A DNA stretch of 64,000 nt from Octopus sinensis (lineage: Eukaryota), in the NCBI RefSeq assembly GCF_006345805.1, contig NC_043002.1:496001-560000 (forward strand), read 5' to 3'. This document shows positions 23,234 to 35,792 of the stretch, one piece after another (within the stretch, counting starts at the first letter, position 1; each line of letters opens with the position of its first letter). A model generated the notes under the pieces. The model had not been told where the DNA came from. It did no database searches and worked only from the letters and a program-made list of their open reading frames with translations. The translations under genes and the position numbers were made by a program.

Positions 23234-24049
23234 AAGAATCACAAGACAATGTTTTTATTAAATTTTATTATTTAGTTTCATACTCTTTAATGGGAATTTA
23301 AATACATTACCCACCACCATATTAAACACCCCCCCTCCAAAAAACAAAATACATATTGACCATTGTGTAATGCAGATATTTTATATAATCAAATAGAAAA
23401 GCAGTGTAAATATTTTTTTTTTTTTTTTTTTTCAATATTTTAAGCAACTTTTCCTTCAAACACTTTCCTAAAACCTGAAAAATGTTATATTCAAGTTGGA
23501 TATTTGGAAATTTTTGCTGTGAATTTATATAATTTGAGAACATTTTTTCCCCAAAAATTGTCTTCAAACAAAAACATTTAAGTGTGTGTGTGTGTGTATA
23601 TATACACACACAAAGTTCTTCATGCAACCATATATTACATAACAATGTGAACAATTTTTGATCACATGACACTTGAATTTATTAAAAACAGTTGTAAGAA
23701 TATTACTGGAAGATTCTGTGAAACAGTATGTAGACATATCTTTATATTTTCATGACAATTTATATTTTTATAACTTCATCTTAAAATAATCATCAAATTC
23801 AAAATGCATTAAATTTTCTTTTTAAATATCTGTCCTGGTTATATTTCCTGTGTAAATACTTAAATACAATTTTAAAGAATTATAAATTGAAATTTGAATT
23901 TCCAGAATCTTGGCTGAAAACTCAATGTTATATATACTATTTTTCCTCCACCCTCTACGAAATCAAGATAAAAATTAGGGGTGTGTATAAAACAAAGTTG
24001 TGAAGTTTTCCCCCACTTTTATTAGGAAAACAATGTACTAAATCTGTTT

Positions 24050-24714
24050 TATCATTTAATGTCTGTTGTCCATGATAGCATGGGTTGGACAATTTGGCAT
24101 GGTTTCTATGGCTTGATGCACTTTCTAATGCCAACCACCCCAAGATTGTAATGGGTGTTTTTATGTGCCGCTGGCATGGGTGCCATTTGCATGACACCAG
24201 TATCTGCCATGACTGCAATTTTACTTGGCTTGGTGGGTCTTCTTCTCAAGCACGACAATACTTGGCTTGGTGGGTCTTCTTCTCAAGCATGACAATACTA
24301 AAGGTCTCAGTTGTTGCCTCTGTGAGGCTCAACACTTGAAAGGAGCTTTTCACGGACCACCGACACCAGCCACTTTGCCTCCATGAGGCCCAATGCTTGA
24401 AATGGAGGCAAAGCAGCTAATGCCAGTATCCTAGTTCATCCACCCTTGTAGCAGTTGTACAATTTATGGCCCAGCATTTGGAATTACACATTTTGCATTT
24501 TGGAAAATATTGCTTTAAAGGTTGCTGTGCAGGTGGCACGTAAAAAGCACCCACTACACTCATGGAGTGGTTGGCGTTAGGAAGGGCATCCAGCTGTAGA
24601 AACATTGCCAGATTAGACTGGAGCCTGGTGCAGCCTTCTGGCTTCCCAGAACCCCAGTCGAACCGTCCAACCCATGCTAGCATGGAGAACGGACGTTAAA
24701 CGACGATGATGATG
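24050..24714. mobile_element. Head-to-head pair of RTE 3'UTR copies (24050-24400 minus, 24520-24714 plus)
   Basis: Core sequence in both orientations with tails pointing outward. Confidence 0.8.
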
Positions 24715-25864
24715 TTTGAAGAAATAAAAGGTAAAATATTAGGATTTATATTATAGGACTTAATTTCTCTTACAAGTCTAACTTTTTGAATCTAATCAAA
24801 GCAGGCCATTTCTTCAGTCATTTAACTTCTTTAGAAAAGAAAGAAAAATATTTTTTTTTTCAGCAAAATAATTATTTCTTGGAAAAAGAAAGCAAACTTT
24901 TAAAGTAGGTGTTGGGATTGTGGAGTGATTAGAACAGAGATAATCAACTTACACCAATCCGAACAACTTGATTTCCAGTAGCTGCTATTTTCTGTTACTT
25001 CTACAGATTTTAATTTATGTCTTGTTGTTAGGATGTGAATGAGCTGGAAGAAGTTGGTTTCCTTTATTTTAAGGAAAAAGCAGGCTATGAGCCTAAATGA
25101 GATGACTTGTTTAAAGATTCTTTGACAGGTAGAAACGAATTCAGGATAAATTAGTAAAGTGTTCAATGCAGGGAAATGGAAAATGTAGATGTTGTATGCA
25201 GTATTTCAGAAGCCGTTGCCTTTGGTGTGTGAAACTATCAATAAATTAAACACTTAAAAATGGCAACAATCTAGGCTGTGTGTGTATGAAATCATTTTGT
25301 TGTGGGTTGCACTTGAGTTTTGTAAGAGAATGTGACATTATCTTGTCAAGCTTAGTATTTGTAACAACTTAAAAGAAGTTAGCTGTGTTATTAAATGTGA
25401 CAGCAAATTCATTAATTCACTAACAAATATGGAAATATACTTACATATACACCCTTGCATTAACTTTTTTCTGCATTGGACTATTAACATAACTTAAAAT
25501 GTGACAGAAAAAAATCTATTTTAATGGTCTTCAAATTAATCTCAGCTACATGAAAAACATTAATAGTCTAAAAAATTTTATGCTAGAAAAATAGAATCTT
25601 AATGTACATAGGACTTTGATAAACTAGCAATTTTGAACAGGGAATTGTAAAAAATAGGACTGTATTAATTGTAACTGGAGAAGGACAGTTAAATTTTTGA
25701 AATTAGTTTAGTAACTTAATTATAAGACACTGCCTTGGAAAATTAATAAGAAAAAAAATGGAAGGATGTTGTCATTGGTGCAGGACAAAATGTGATTAGA
25801 AACAACAGAAAATAGGACTAACAGGAAGTGTGGAAGATAGAACAGATCTTTTGGCATACACTAG

Positions 25865-26075
25865 CTGATCGACTGTGAGAGAAATCTAGAAGATAATGGT
25901 GTGAGAAGAGATAATAGGTAGACGAGGTTCAGAACTGGGTGATGTAGTGAGAAATTTCTCATGGTGGACCTGGTTAAAGGTTTTGCTAATATCAAAGAAA
26001 ACGACATTGCTTTCAACAACACGTGGTACTCCGTCAGTCATGACAACACGGGTTCCAGTTGATCCGATCAACTGA
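25865..26075 (-). mobile_element. CR1/Jockey RT fragment
   Basis: VVFFDISKTFNQVHHEKFL resembles RT motif A (FLDISKAFDxVxH). Confidence 0.55.
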
Positions 26076-26097
26076 ACAACCTGCTCATGAAATTAAC

Positions 26098-26371
26098 GTG
26101 CAAGTGGCTGAGTACTCCACAGACAAGTGTACCTTTAACTTAGTTCTCAGGGAGATTCAGTGTGACAACGCTGGCCCTTCGAAATATGAGTACAACAGAA
26201 ACAGGAAGAAAGTTGAGAAAGAGTACAGCAGGGTTCACCACAACCCCCTGCTGGAGTGTCATGGAGATTTAGGTGTTTTTTCATTCAAATACAACGGCCG
26301 GTCTGGAAATCGAAACTGTGATCCTATGACCGCGAGTCTGTTGCCTTAACCACTGAGCCATTGCACCTCCA
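26098..26371 (-). mobile_element. tRNA-derived SINE, family C
   Basis: Minus strand starts GGAGGTGCAATGGCTCAGTGGTTAAGGC (A box) ... GTTTCGATTTCC (B box-like) and continues into a non-tRNA body. Confidence 0.7.
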
Positions 26372-26985
26372 CTTTTCAACAACAACATGAAACATTAAGA
26401 GAGCAAGTCTCTGATGGTCTTTGGGAAGAGACTTAAAGTAATTAGTCACCCCCCCCCCCTTAGGGCTGATTCATACAGAAAGGAAAACATTGAAATGGTT
26501 GGTAAGAACAAACTAGAAATGGTGATCAGAATCTGTTGTTTTGTTTGGTTGATGTTTGAGACAAGTTTGTAGAGGAGTTGGGGTTGAATATGGAATTACT
26601 TTATAGGCCAGCATAATAATTACCAAAAAATTTAACAAGATCACTCAGTAATTAAATTTTAAAAGCAGCTTAAAATACTTAGGGCCAGCCATTACCTGTG
26701 AATGAGTATCACTTGGTACCATGCTTTTGCTATTCATTTAGTCACAAGCAACTATTAACTCTCTCAAGACTCCAGTTTTTTTGACCGAAAGGAATATCCA
26801 GGAGGTGACAGCCAAAAAGAGAGAAGCATACCAGTATGAAACTGGTACTTCATTTCCAGTTGAATGGAAACATGAAGTGCCTTGTCCAAGGATACACTGC
26901 CTAGCTGAGCAACTGAACCTACATCATTATGATCATGAGCCAAAGAGCTTAATCACTAGGCCATATGCTTTCAACTAAAATACTG

Positions 26986-26991
26986 TTTATT
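26986..26991 (-). promoter_or_regulatory. Candidate polyadenylation signal AATAAA for the tectonic gene
   Basis: TTTATT on the plus strand, 41-46 nt past the stop codon; the hexamer is common in this AT-rich DNA. Confidence 0.35.
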
Positions 26992-27031
26992 GGTGTCAAC
27001 TAAAGACTCTTTTACTGAGCTTTTATGAATT

Positions 27032-27212
27032 TTAGAAGTCCAATAGTAACCAAGATTGTGTTATGGTAAGGAATGAGATGAAGAGAAACGTGAGATATGT
27101 GACCAAATTATAAGCATACTCATCGAATGTTTTTTGAATTGTTAAAGGATAGAGGATTTCTTGCCAACAGCTGTTCATCCAGCACTGTTTTATTTTGTAG
27201 AAATCATAATTC
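27032..27212 (-). CDS. TCTN2: Tectonic (TCTN2-like) last coding exon with hydrophobic C-terminal segment
   Basis: R NYDFYKIKQCWMNSCWQEILYPLT...LVTYLTFLFISFLTITQSWLLLDF* resembles the TCTN2 CWPQLLYP motif plus TM tail; acceptor CTTTCAG; phase 2. Confidence 0.85.
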
Positions 27213-27939
27213 CTGAAAGTATAAGAAAAAACGTTGGAACACACAAACACACATATATATTTGTAATGTATGAAAAAATAAGTTTTTTGTTAGCAAATAC
27301 AAATCATCCTTGTCGTTTAATGTCTCTTTTCAATGCTGGCATGTGTTGGCCAGTTTGATAGATCACCATGATATTATTGTTACACCAACAACTCTAAACA
27401 TACAAAATTCACTATATATTTACAATGTATGAAAGGCTCTAATTATATGGGAAAATATAAGCAAGCTAGAGTTACCACAAAAAAATTTATTATTTGGATT
27501 TTTGTTATATTTCTCTTGTTTACTTACAGAGAATAGAGTAATAATCCAAACAGGTGTGTTGTCTGTGGTTCAATATACTTTTCTTGTTTACTCACAAAGA
27601 AGAGAACACAGTGGTACTCCAGATTGGTGTGAAGTCTGTTTATTCCAACTGTAAAACTCAAGACTGTAATAATAATATAAACCAAATAGCAAAGATGCCT
27701 TGTGAACATTCTTGCAAATTCCAGAACTTTGAATTCTATTGGTTAACGATCTCCATAACAACTTCCTACACAGTACCTGACTGTGATGTAAAATGATAGC
27801 CAATGCCAGATGGGGAGCTTATTGTGAGAGCTGCAGGATTCTCTGAATCCATATTTTATTTTATTCTTCCACACACACACACACACACATATTAAATAAA
27901 AATGCAAATCACTTCCTTAGAAAGTTGTTACTGGCTTAC

Positions 27940-28107
27940 CTTATTGTTGGTTTAGGTGGTATGGGTGGAACATGAATAAAATTAACTGCAACGGACAGGG
28001 TAAACAGTTGGGAATCTTCTTTGGTTTCTGCTTTGATATTTGGTTTGATAAAACAGGACACTAACTGCAAGTCATTGCAATGAAAAGTCCAGTTTTTATA
28101 AAAATAG
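27940..28107 (-). CDS. TCTN2: Tectonic (TCTN2-like) exon
   Basis: YFYKNWTFHC...FTLSVAVNFIHVPPIPPKPTI (compare TCTN2 ISASVQFIKIP); CCTCCTAG acceptor, GTAAGC donor; phase 2/2. Confidence 0.85.
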
Positions 28108-28248
28108 CTAGGAGGAAAATGAGAAAACATTTATATCAATTTTCATTTATTGTTAATTGATGATGTTTAATAATGCAGATACAACTTCATACAAGATACT
28201 CTAAAAGTGGTTTTAAAATATGATGTGGAAATCACTAAGTTTAGTAAT

Positions 28249-28850
28249 GTTAGTTAGTTAGTTAGTTAATTTGGCTCAAAAGCAAATAGCAAGGCCATGT
28301 AGGGGGACATGGAGTTAAGTACAGGGTGGTGTTCATGTAAAGAGTTCAGGCCACTTGAGGTCCAAGGAGGCTTTGAACAAAGCGGTCGTCGGCATCTTCA
28401 CCATCTCGTCTGGCAGCTTGTTCCACGGATCCGCAACCCGGACGGAGAAAGCTCCTCTCCTTCGATTGAGATGAAATCGTCGCAGGTAGAGCTTTTCGGA
28501 ATGACCCCGCAGCCGACGCTCTAGAGCAGGAGTGAAGAACAGCTCTTTCGAGAGGTTACACTTCCCGCTTATGATGTTGTGGGCGAGAATGAGATCACCA
28601 CGGCGGCGGCGTTTTTCAAGAGAATAAAGGTCGAGCGTCCTCAGCCTTTCTTCGTAGGACAAATTTTTGAGACCATGAACCATGCGGGTAGCCAGCCTCT
28701 GGACACTTTCGAGATGCTGTATGTCTTTGAGGAGATAAGGAGAAGAGGCTTGAATCCCATACTCCAATATGGGTCTCACCAGCGTGACATAGAGTGGCAG
28801 GAATATGGCTGCTGTGAGCATTCCGAATGACCGTCGAATCAAAGTGTGAA
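28249..28850 (-). mobile_element. Young 5'-truncated CR1-type LINE 3' end with (AACT)n tail
   Basis: Intact 177-codon frame LYVTLVRPILEYG...LEKRRRRGDLI...RGHSEKL...WNKLP; GTTA repeats at 28249-28268. Confidence 0.9.
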
Positions 28851-29225
28851 GGTAGAGTGTGATCAAAGTTCAGGCCTTAGTTCCCACCTATAGGGAATCA
28901 AAAAGGAGTTCAAGGCCAGCTGTCCATCAGAACTGTGATTATCTAGCTCTTATAGTTGAATCTACTGTAGAATTAAAGATGTGCAAACAGAACCTAGAAT
29001 TGAGAGGCCCCAAACTAAAATTTAGTGACAATAAAGGTATAAGGAAAAGGGCCTTGTTTGGTATACAAAAAAGGAGTAGCAAGGAACTTAATGTATGCTA
29101 GGAACACACAAGAGATGTGGAATCAAAGGTAAATCAAAAGAAATCAGGCTTCTTATGCCCTGGGGTATCTGTCACATAAGAGCATATTGGAAATAGACTC
29201 TTAAACGTCAGGCTAACTCACTTGA

Positions 29226-29408
29226 AGTAGTCATAAAATTTTGTACTACACTCTCGGAGTGGTTGGCGTTAGGAAGGGCATCCAGCTGTAGAAACACTGC
29301 CAGATCTGACTGGCCTGGTGCAGCCTTCGGGCTCCCCAGACCCCAGTTGAACCGTCCAACCCATGCTAGCATGGAAAGCGGACGTTAAACGATGATGATG
29401 ATGATGAC
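29226..29408 (+). mobile_element. Short young RTE 3'UTR copy
   Basis: Core plus (GAT)n tail. Confidence 0.9.
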
Positions 29409-29453
29409 GATAGGGTGATATAATAAGCAGAGGTGGTGGTTCTACTGAAAATA

Positions 29454-30664
29454 TTAGGTTGTTTCACATGAAATGCCATATTTGAAAGGTAACACAAAAA
29501 TGTTTCAGAAGTGTTAGAGAACTGATTTATTTAATCAAAGTTTGATCCATGTTCATTTATGACATTTACCCAACGTTTCTCTATGTCATATATTCCATCT
29601 TTAAAAAAAAAATTCATCTTTTTCCTATGATAAACTGTCCGAATGTTTCAATTATCTCTTCTCTATATAAGAATGCTTTATTGCTTATGAAAAGCTCAAA
29701 ATGCTTAAATAAGGGATGATTAGTAGGAGAGATATTGGGGAAATAGGGAGGATGTTGCAAAATCTCATAATTCAGGCTTTGCAACTTTTGGACCGTAGCC
29801 TGAGGAGTGTGAGGACGGGCATTGTCGTGGAGCAAAATTGGACCATCTCTATTCACTTAGTCTGGGTTGCTTCTTTTTCAAATTCTCATGCAATACAATC
29901 AATTTCATGGCAATACGATGTTGCTGTTACCATTTCCCTTGTTACAAAAATGAATAATGAATAGCTGATCACCATACAGTGACCACAAACTTTTTAGGGT
30001 GCAATGGTGGGTTTGGGTAGTGTTTAGGTGACTCCCCTGCATCTAATCACTGTTCAGTTCTCATGCTATTGTCAAAGAGTATCCATTTCTCATAACATGA
30101 TATGATGCAAAAATGGTCTTTTTCCAGTCAAGACAGCAATAAGGAGCACACTTCGAGGCATCTGTTTCTTTGAATCTTGTTCAGTTGATGTGGAACAAAC
30201 CTATCCGTTTTCTTGACTTTTCCAATTTTTCACAGGTGTTTTGATGAAAGTTTTTGAACCGTTGTTCTTGGATTTTGTTCAACCAAAGTATTTAATCCAT
30301 GCCGAATAACTGATTTTGGCCTACCCTTCCTTGGTTTATTTCCAAGGTTATCATCTCCTGAACAAGAGCTTTGGAACAATCTTTGAACAGTTCTGATGTC
30401 AACAAAACCATTACCAAAGGCCCGCTTGATATTCCGTAGAGCTTCTGCAGCAAAGCGACCCAGTTTGTACTCATATGAGAAAATCATTCAATATAGTTTG
30501 GTTGCTCTCATTTTTATAAGGGTCTGTGGGTACAAATTTTGTATACCAATATTGGTGGGAAAGAAAAAGTGTCAAGATTAAATGCAAGGTAAACACAATT
30601 GAGTTTTTGAATGACTGAAATAACAAGTAATTAAAAATGCAACATTTCATGTGAAATAACGTTG
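29454..30664 (-). mobile_element. Full-length but decayed mariner (about 1.2 kb)
   Basis: TA|TTAGGTTGTTTCACATGAAATG left TIR and CATTTCATGTGAAATAAC right TIR; ORF pieces with the HTH (RTVQRLF...KGRP), HDNARPH and HPPYFPNISP motifs. Confidence 0.85.
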
Positions 30665-31042
30665 GATAAAGTTTAGGAAGATCTCTGCTGGTAACAAAGA
30701 TCTTGCCCTTCAGAAGTGAGAGCAAATTGTATGATGCTTATACTTGAACGGTAGTGAAATGTGGTATCTGAATACAGAAGACTTGTAAAGGCTAGTGAAA
30801 AATGAAGCAACCACACCCTAATGGATATATTAATATGCATGAACACCAGAGTAGAAATGAGCTGAGAGAATAAATTCATTGTTTATCTTCTTTTATTCGA
30901 TGTATTTAGAGAACAAAGAAATATCTAGTTTTAAATGAAGTTGGGGATATCTTATGTCACCTAGGTAGTGGAACTTAGTTATATTTAACAGCAAACCTAA
31001 CAACAATTCTAGTACATTTAAAGTTTAGTGTAATTCACATCA

Positions 31043-34000
31043 ATGGACATGTTGGACGGCATGTCGGGGGCTTCCATGGCATACACGGGGGCTACGGTTT
31101 TGGTTCTCGCAATGAGGTGGGAACCAGGCTGCTGGAGTTCTGCGATGCAAATGACCTTATGATTTGCAATACCAACTTCAGGAAACCCACCTCTCACCTA
31201 CCGTTCTGGCAGACACACAAGCCAGATCGACTACATCCTCGCCAGAAAGAGGGAAAGAGGGCTGCTTATAAATGCCAAAACCTTCCCAGGCGAGGAATGT
31301 ACTCCTCAACATAGATTAGTAGTTAGCGACTTCAGGATCAGGGCCAAATGGCTGCCCAGAAGAAGACCAGCTCGGAGGAGAAGGGTCTGGAAACTTAAAG
31401 ATCCTGTAAATGGATGGAGATTTAGAGAAGTCCTACTCGAAGCTTTCGACGAAATAGAAGGGGATATGGCATCACATAATGTGGAAACCAGCTGGAGGTT
31501 TCTACGGGACAATCTGCTGAGGGCCACTGACCAGATCTGTGGATGGAGCAAAGTCCCATCTCATCCCAGGGTGGTGGAACAATGTTGTAGACAGGGCTAT
31601 TAGAGACAAGAGACAGGCTTGGAAGGACTGGAGGAAAGGCGGTAGTAGGGAATTGTATCAGACTGCGAAAAGAGAAGCTAGGAGACAGGTATATTTAGCT
31701 AGAGGGGAAGCAGATAAGAAAAAATTTGCCAATATTCTGTGCCGTGAGGACCAAAGGCTTGAGGTGTTTCGTGTTGCAAGACAGTGTGTGAGAGAGAAAT
31801 GTGATGTGGTAGGAGAGAAATATGTTCGCATGGATGATGGTTCACTTGCACTAAATGAGGATGCAAAGAGAGAGGTTTGGAGATGCCACTATGAAAGGTT
31901 GCCCAACAAAGAGAATGAATGGGATAAAGAGAGTCTGCCGAATATCAACCCAATAGATGGACCAGCTATCTGAGTTGACAGTTCCATGGTAGTTAAGGCA
32001 ATTAGAAGCATGAAGACAGGGAAAGCCCCAGGCCCATCAGGAATTACTGCTGAGATGCTCAAAATATCTGGCAGTGTCGGCTATAGCCTAGTCACCCGTA
32101 TAGTTAACCAGGTGATACACGAAGGAGTCATATCCAATGACTGGTGTAGTAGCATAATAGTCAACTGCTACAAAGGTAAAGGTGACGCCCTAGATACAAA
32201 TAATTACAGAGGTATCAAGCTGCTGGATCAGGTAATGAAGGTTACAGAAAGGGTCATAGCCCAACTGATTAGAGAGAGAGTCAACCTGGACAAGATGCAG
32301 TTTAGTTTCGTGCCAGGGAAAAGCACCACCGATGCCATATTTCTGGTGAGACAGCTGCAGGAGAAATACCTAGCCAAAGATAAAACTCTGTTCCTGGCTT
32401 TCGTTGACTTGGAGAAAGCCTTTGACAGGGTCCCCAGTTCCCTTATCTGGTGGTCAATGAGGAAACTAGGGATAGATGAATGGTTAGTGAGAGCTGTGCA
32501 TGCCATGTACAGGGACGCTGTTAGTAAGGTGAGAGTTGGCAACATGTACAGAGAGTTGGCAACGTGTACAGTGGGGTCCACCAAGGCTCAGTCCTCAGCC
32601 CCCTCCTATTTATCATAGTCTTCCAAGCAATAACGGAGGAATTCAAGACAGGATGCCCCTGGGAGCTCCTCTATGCTGATGACCTTGCTCTAATTGCTGA
32701 ATCACTATCAGAACACGAGGTGAAGTTTGAGGCGTGGAAGCAAGGATTAGAATCGAAGGGCCTCAGAGTCAATCTAGCTAAAACCAAAGTCCTAATAAGT
32801 AGGAAGGTAGACAAATCTCAAACGCCTTCAGGTAGATGGCCCTGCTCGATCTGTAGAAAAGGCATAGGTAGGAAGTCTAAGATGCACCAAGTGTAAGCTA
32901 TGGACACATAAGAGGTGCAGCAATGTCAAAGGAAAGCTAACTAGGAATATAGTTTTTGTATGTGGCAGATGCTCTGGTGCAATAAACACTGAAAGTGCGC
33001 AGAGACCATCTTCCGCCACATTCCAGGGAGAAAAACTAGAAATAGTTGATAGTTTCCGTTACCTAGGTGATCAAGTCAGTAGTGGGGGTGGGGGTGCCGA
33101 AAGTGTAACTGCTAGAGTAAGAATAGCCTGGGCAAAGTTCAGAGAGCTCTTACCTCTGCTGGTGACAAAAGGCCTCTCGCTCAGAGTAAAAGGCAGACTG
33201 TATGACGCATCTGTACGAACAGCCATGCTACATGGCAGTGAAACATGGGCTGTGACTGCTGAGGATATGCGTAAGCTCGCAAGAAATGAAGCCAGTATGC
33301 TCTGATGGATGTGTAATGTCAGTGTTCATACCCGACAGAGTGTAAGTGCCTTGAGAGAAAAGTTGGACCTAAGAAGCATCAGTTGTGGTATGCAAGAGAG
33401 ACGTCTACGCTGGTATGGACACGTGGTAAAAATGGATGAAGATACTTGTGTGAAAAAGTGCCACACCCTAGCAGTTGAGGGAACCTGTGGAAGAGGTAGA
33501 CCCAGGAAAACCTGGGATGAGGTGGTGAAACACGACCTCTGCTCTTTAGGTCTCACCGAGGAAATGACCAGAGACTGAGACCTTTGGAAGTATGCTGTGC
33601 GAGAGAAGACCTGGCAGGACAAGTGAGGCCATAACCCGTGGCCCCTACCTGGGATGTAGTCAGTCCACCTGTGTATACCTTCCTTCTTGGGACACATAAC
33701 TCTACTTGTGAAGACCTGTTGAGACAAGTGAGAATCAAAATCGAAGAATCAAATCAAATCGAAATCGATCCACAATGGAATTTGTAGTTTTGTGGTACCA
33801 GTGCCGGTGGCACATAAGAGAACCATCCAAACATGGCCGTAGCCAGCACCGCATCGACTGGCCTCCATGCTGGTGGCACATAACAAACACCATCCGATCG
33901 TGGCCGTGCCAGCCCTGCCTGGCCTCCGTGCCAGTGGCACGTAAAAAACACCCACTACACTCACGGAGTGGTTGGCGTTAGGAAGGGCATCCAGCTGTAG

Positions 34001-34119
34001 AAACACTGCCAGATCTGACTGGCCTGGTACAGCCTTCGGGCTTCCCAGACCCCAGTTAAACCGTCCAACCCATGCTAGCATGGAAAGCGGACGTTAAACG
34101 ATGATGATGATGATGATGA
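31043..34119 (+). mobile_element. 5'-truncated RTE-clade LINE (3.1 kb): APE endonuclease C-terminus, RT, 3'UTR, (GAT)n tail; disabled by stops and frameshifts
   Basis: GYGFGSRNEVGTRLLEF, NYRGIKLL, FVDLEKAFDRVP, HQGSVLSPLLF, LYADDL, RLRWYGHV, GRGRPRKTW; antisense within a tectonic intron. Confidence 0.95.
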
Positions 34120-34172
34120 CTTAATTGTAAAAGTTGATTTGATTAAATATAATGGAAAAATTTGACCTTTAC

Positions 34173-34430
34173 CTCATTTTTGCTCCAATAATTTCGTTGA
34201 TCACTGTGCCATGAACATACCCAGTATGTGCATACATTATGTCCAGTTTAATACCAACTGGCATTAAATCACAAGAACTGGCTTGAATCTCTGAGTTTGG
34301 TGTGGCATTTGATGTTGTTACTGGCATTAAAATGTTGTGAAAAATATTGGTTTGGTTAGAATTATTATTGATATTTCTAGAAGAATTACTACTGTTTGAT
34401 GTATCAGGAAATATTTCAGAGATATTTGGC
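34173..34430 (-). CDS. TCTN2: Tectonic (TCTN2-like) exon with N/S/T-rich insertion
   Basis: SSCDLMPVGIKLDIMYAHTGYVHGTVINEIIGAKM (compare TCTN2 CLDIPAHLSIRIL...QQEILG); TTTTTTCTGTTGCAG acceptor, GTAAAG donor; phase 2/2. Confidence 0.85.
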
Positions 34431-34883
34431 CTGCAACAGAAAAAAATACTCTTATTGGTCATACATAGAAAGAAATTAGAATGGTTCCTCAGCAAGATAA
34501 AATTACAGCAATTTTCTGTTACCATTTTATAGCTATTGTTTCCAAAGTGTTATAGTAATTTAGACAGAAACCTGTTAAATACGATCAAACTTGCTTAACC
34601 AAAGGTCCACATGTACAAGTTTTAGAGTCACAACGTAGAGAATTGTCAGAAAGATGTTCCATATTATTAAAAATCATACATAAATATTATTAAGAAATAA
34701 ATGCACACAAGCATTATTATTACTAGCAGAAAGACTGCATCCCCCCCACCCCGGGTGGTTTTCTGCTAGCCATTCGATAATATTTCCACATTTGATTCCC
34801 AATTCTAATAATTTTTATGATATTTTAGTCTAATTATTTCTCACTTGCTTGGTAAATATTGCTTTCATTATTTTATCAGTCAT

Positions 34884-35312
34884 AATCATACATGTTTTTC
34901 TATCTGTTGTTATTTATCTATCTAACTATTGTATCTAATTTCTCCTCTATTAATTCTGCCCGACCAAGTCTCGCACTATCATCTATTTTCAACCCTCGCG
35001 TATTTGTCTATCGATCTTCGCCATCTTTGAAGCCTGTTCCCTTAATACATTTCCGCCTTGTCCAAAAATTCCTGTTCCGGTCAATTTCTTTACTTAAGGC
35101 AGCAACATGTGCTCTCTCATTCATTCACCTAGCAGCTATAATCTCGAGCACAGATAAGTTTGAATGCTTATTTTCACTTCACTTCTCGACCAATCATACA
35201 TGTTTTTCTATCTGTTGTTATTTATCTATCTAACTATTGTATCTAATTTCTCCTCTATTAATTCTGCCCGACCAAGTCTCGCTCTATCATCTATTTTCAA
35301 CCTTCGCGTATT
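34884..35312. repeat. 121-bp direct repeat (34884-35004 and 35192-35312)
   Basis: Two mismatches between the copies; 308-bp period. Confidence 0.9.
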
Positions 35313-35554
35313 CGCGGTGCACCCACCACCAATACCGGATATCTCTATATTTTTGCTCCATCTATACCGGATGTTGTTTCTCCCACCACCATTATAGGTG
35401 TCTACTCTTCGAACCCCCCTCCTCAATACGCTATTTCACCATGCATTACCCTCTTGATATCCTACGTTCTACTTGCCTAAGAACCTGTCATCATTTCTCT
35501 GAACCACCCCTCCCCACTGGTGCTCCCCTATATTTCTGCCCCCCCCCACATAAA

Positions 35555-35792
35555 AAGCACCATCCGAACGTGGCCGATGCCAGACCCCTCTGGCACCTGT
35601 GCAGGTGGCACGTAAAAAACACCCACTACACTCGCGGAGTGGTTGGCGTTAGGAAGGGCATCCAGCTGTAGAAACACTGCCAGACTAGACTGGAGCCTGG
35701 GGCAGTCCCTAGCTCCCCAGACCCCGGTCGAAACCGTCCAACCCGTGCTAGCACGGAAAACGGACGTTAAACGATGATGATGATGATGATGA
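35555..35792 (+). mobile_element. Young RTE 3'UTR copy
   Basis: Modules, core and (GAT)n tail. Confidence 0.9.

Noticed and set aside
25037-25155. DVNELEEVGFLYFKEKAGYEPK* after an AG
   Set aside because: An isolated piece with no partner exons, lying past the plus-gene stop; more likely a TE relic or chance.
26098-26371. tRNA-like heads here and at 50500, 55785 and 62231 as tRNA genes
   Set aside because: They have A/B boxes but no complete cloverleaf and continue into shared SINE bodies.
27524-27860. ORFs on both strands inside the last tectonic intron
   Set aside because: The hydrophobic minus-strand ORF first looked like the C-terminus, but 27032-27212 carries the real CWxxxLYP motif; these look like decayed sequence.
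33780-33965. Repeat-spacer look of the UTR modules, suggesting a CRISPR-like array
   Set aside because: Eukaryotic context, irregular spacing, spacers related to each other, and no cas genes.
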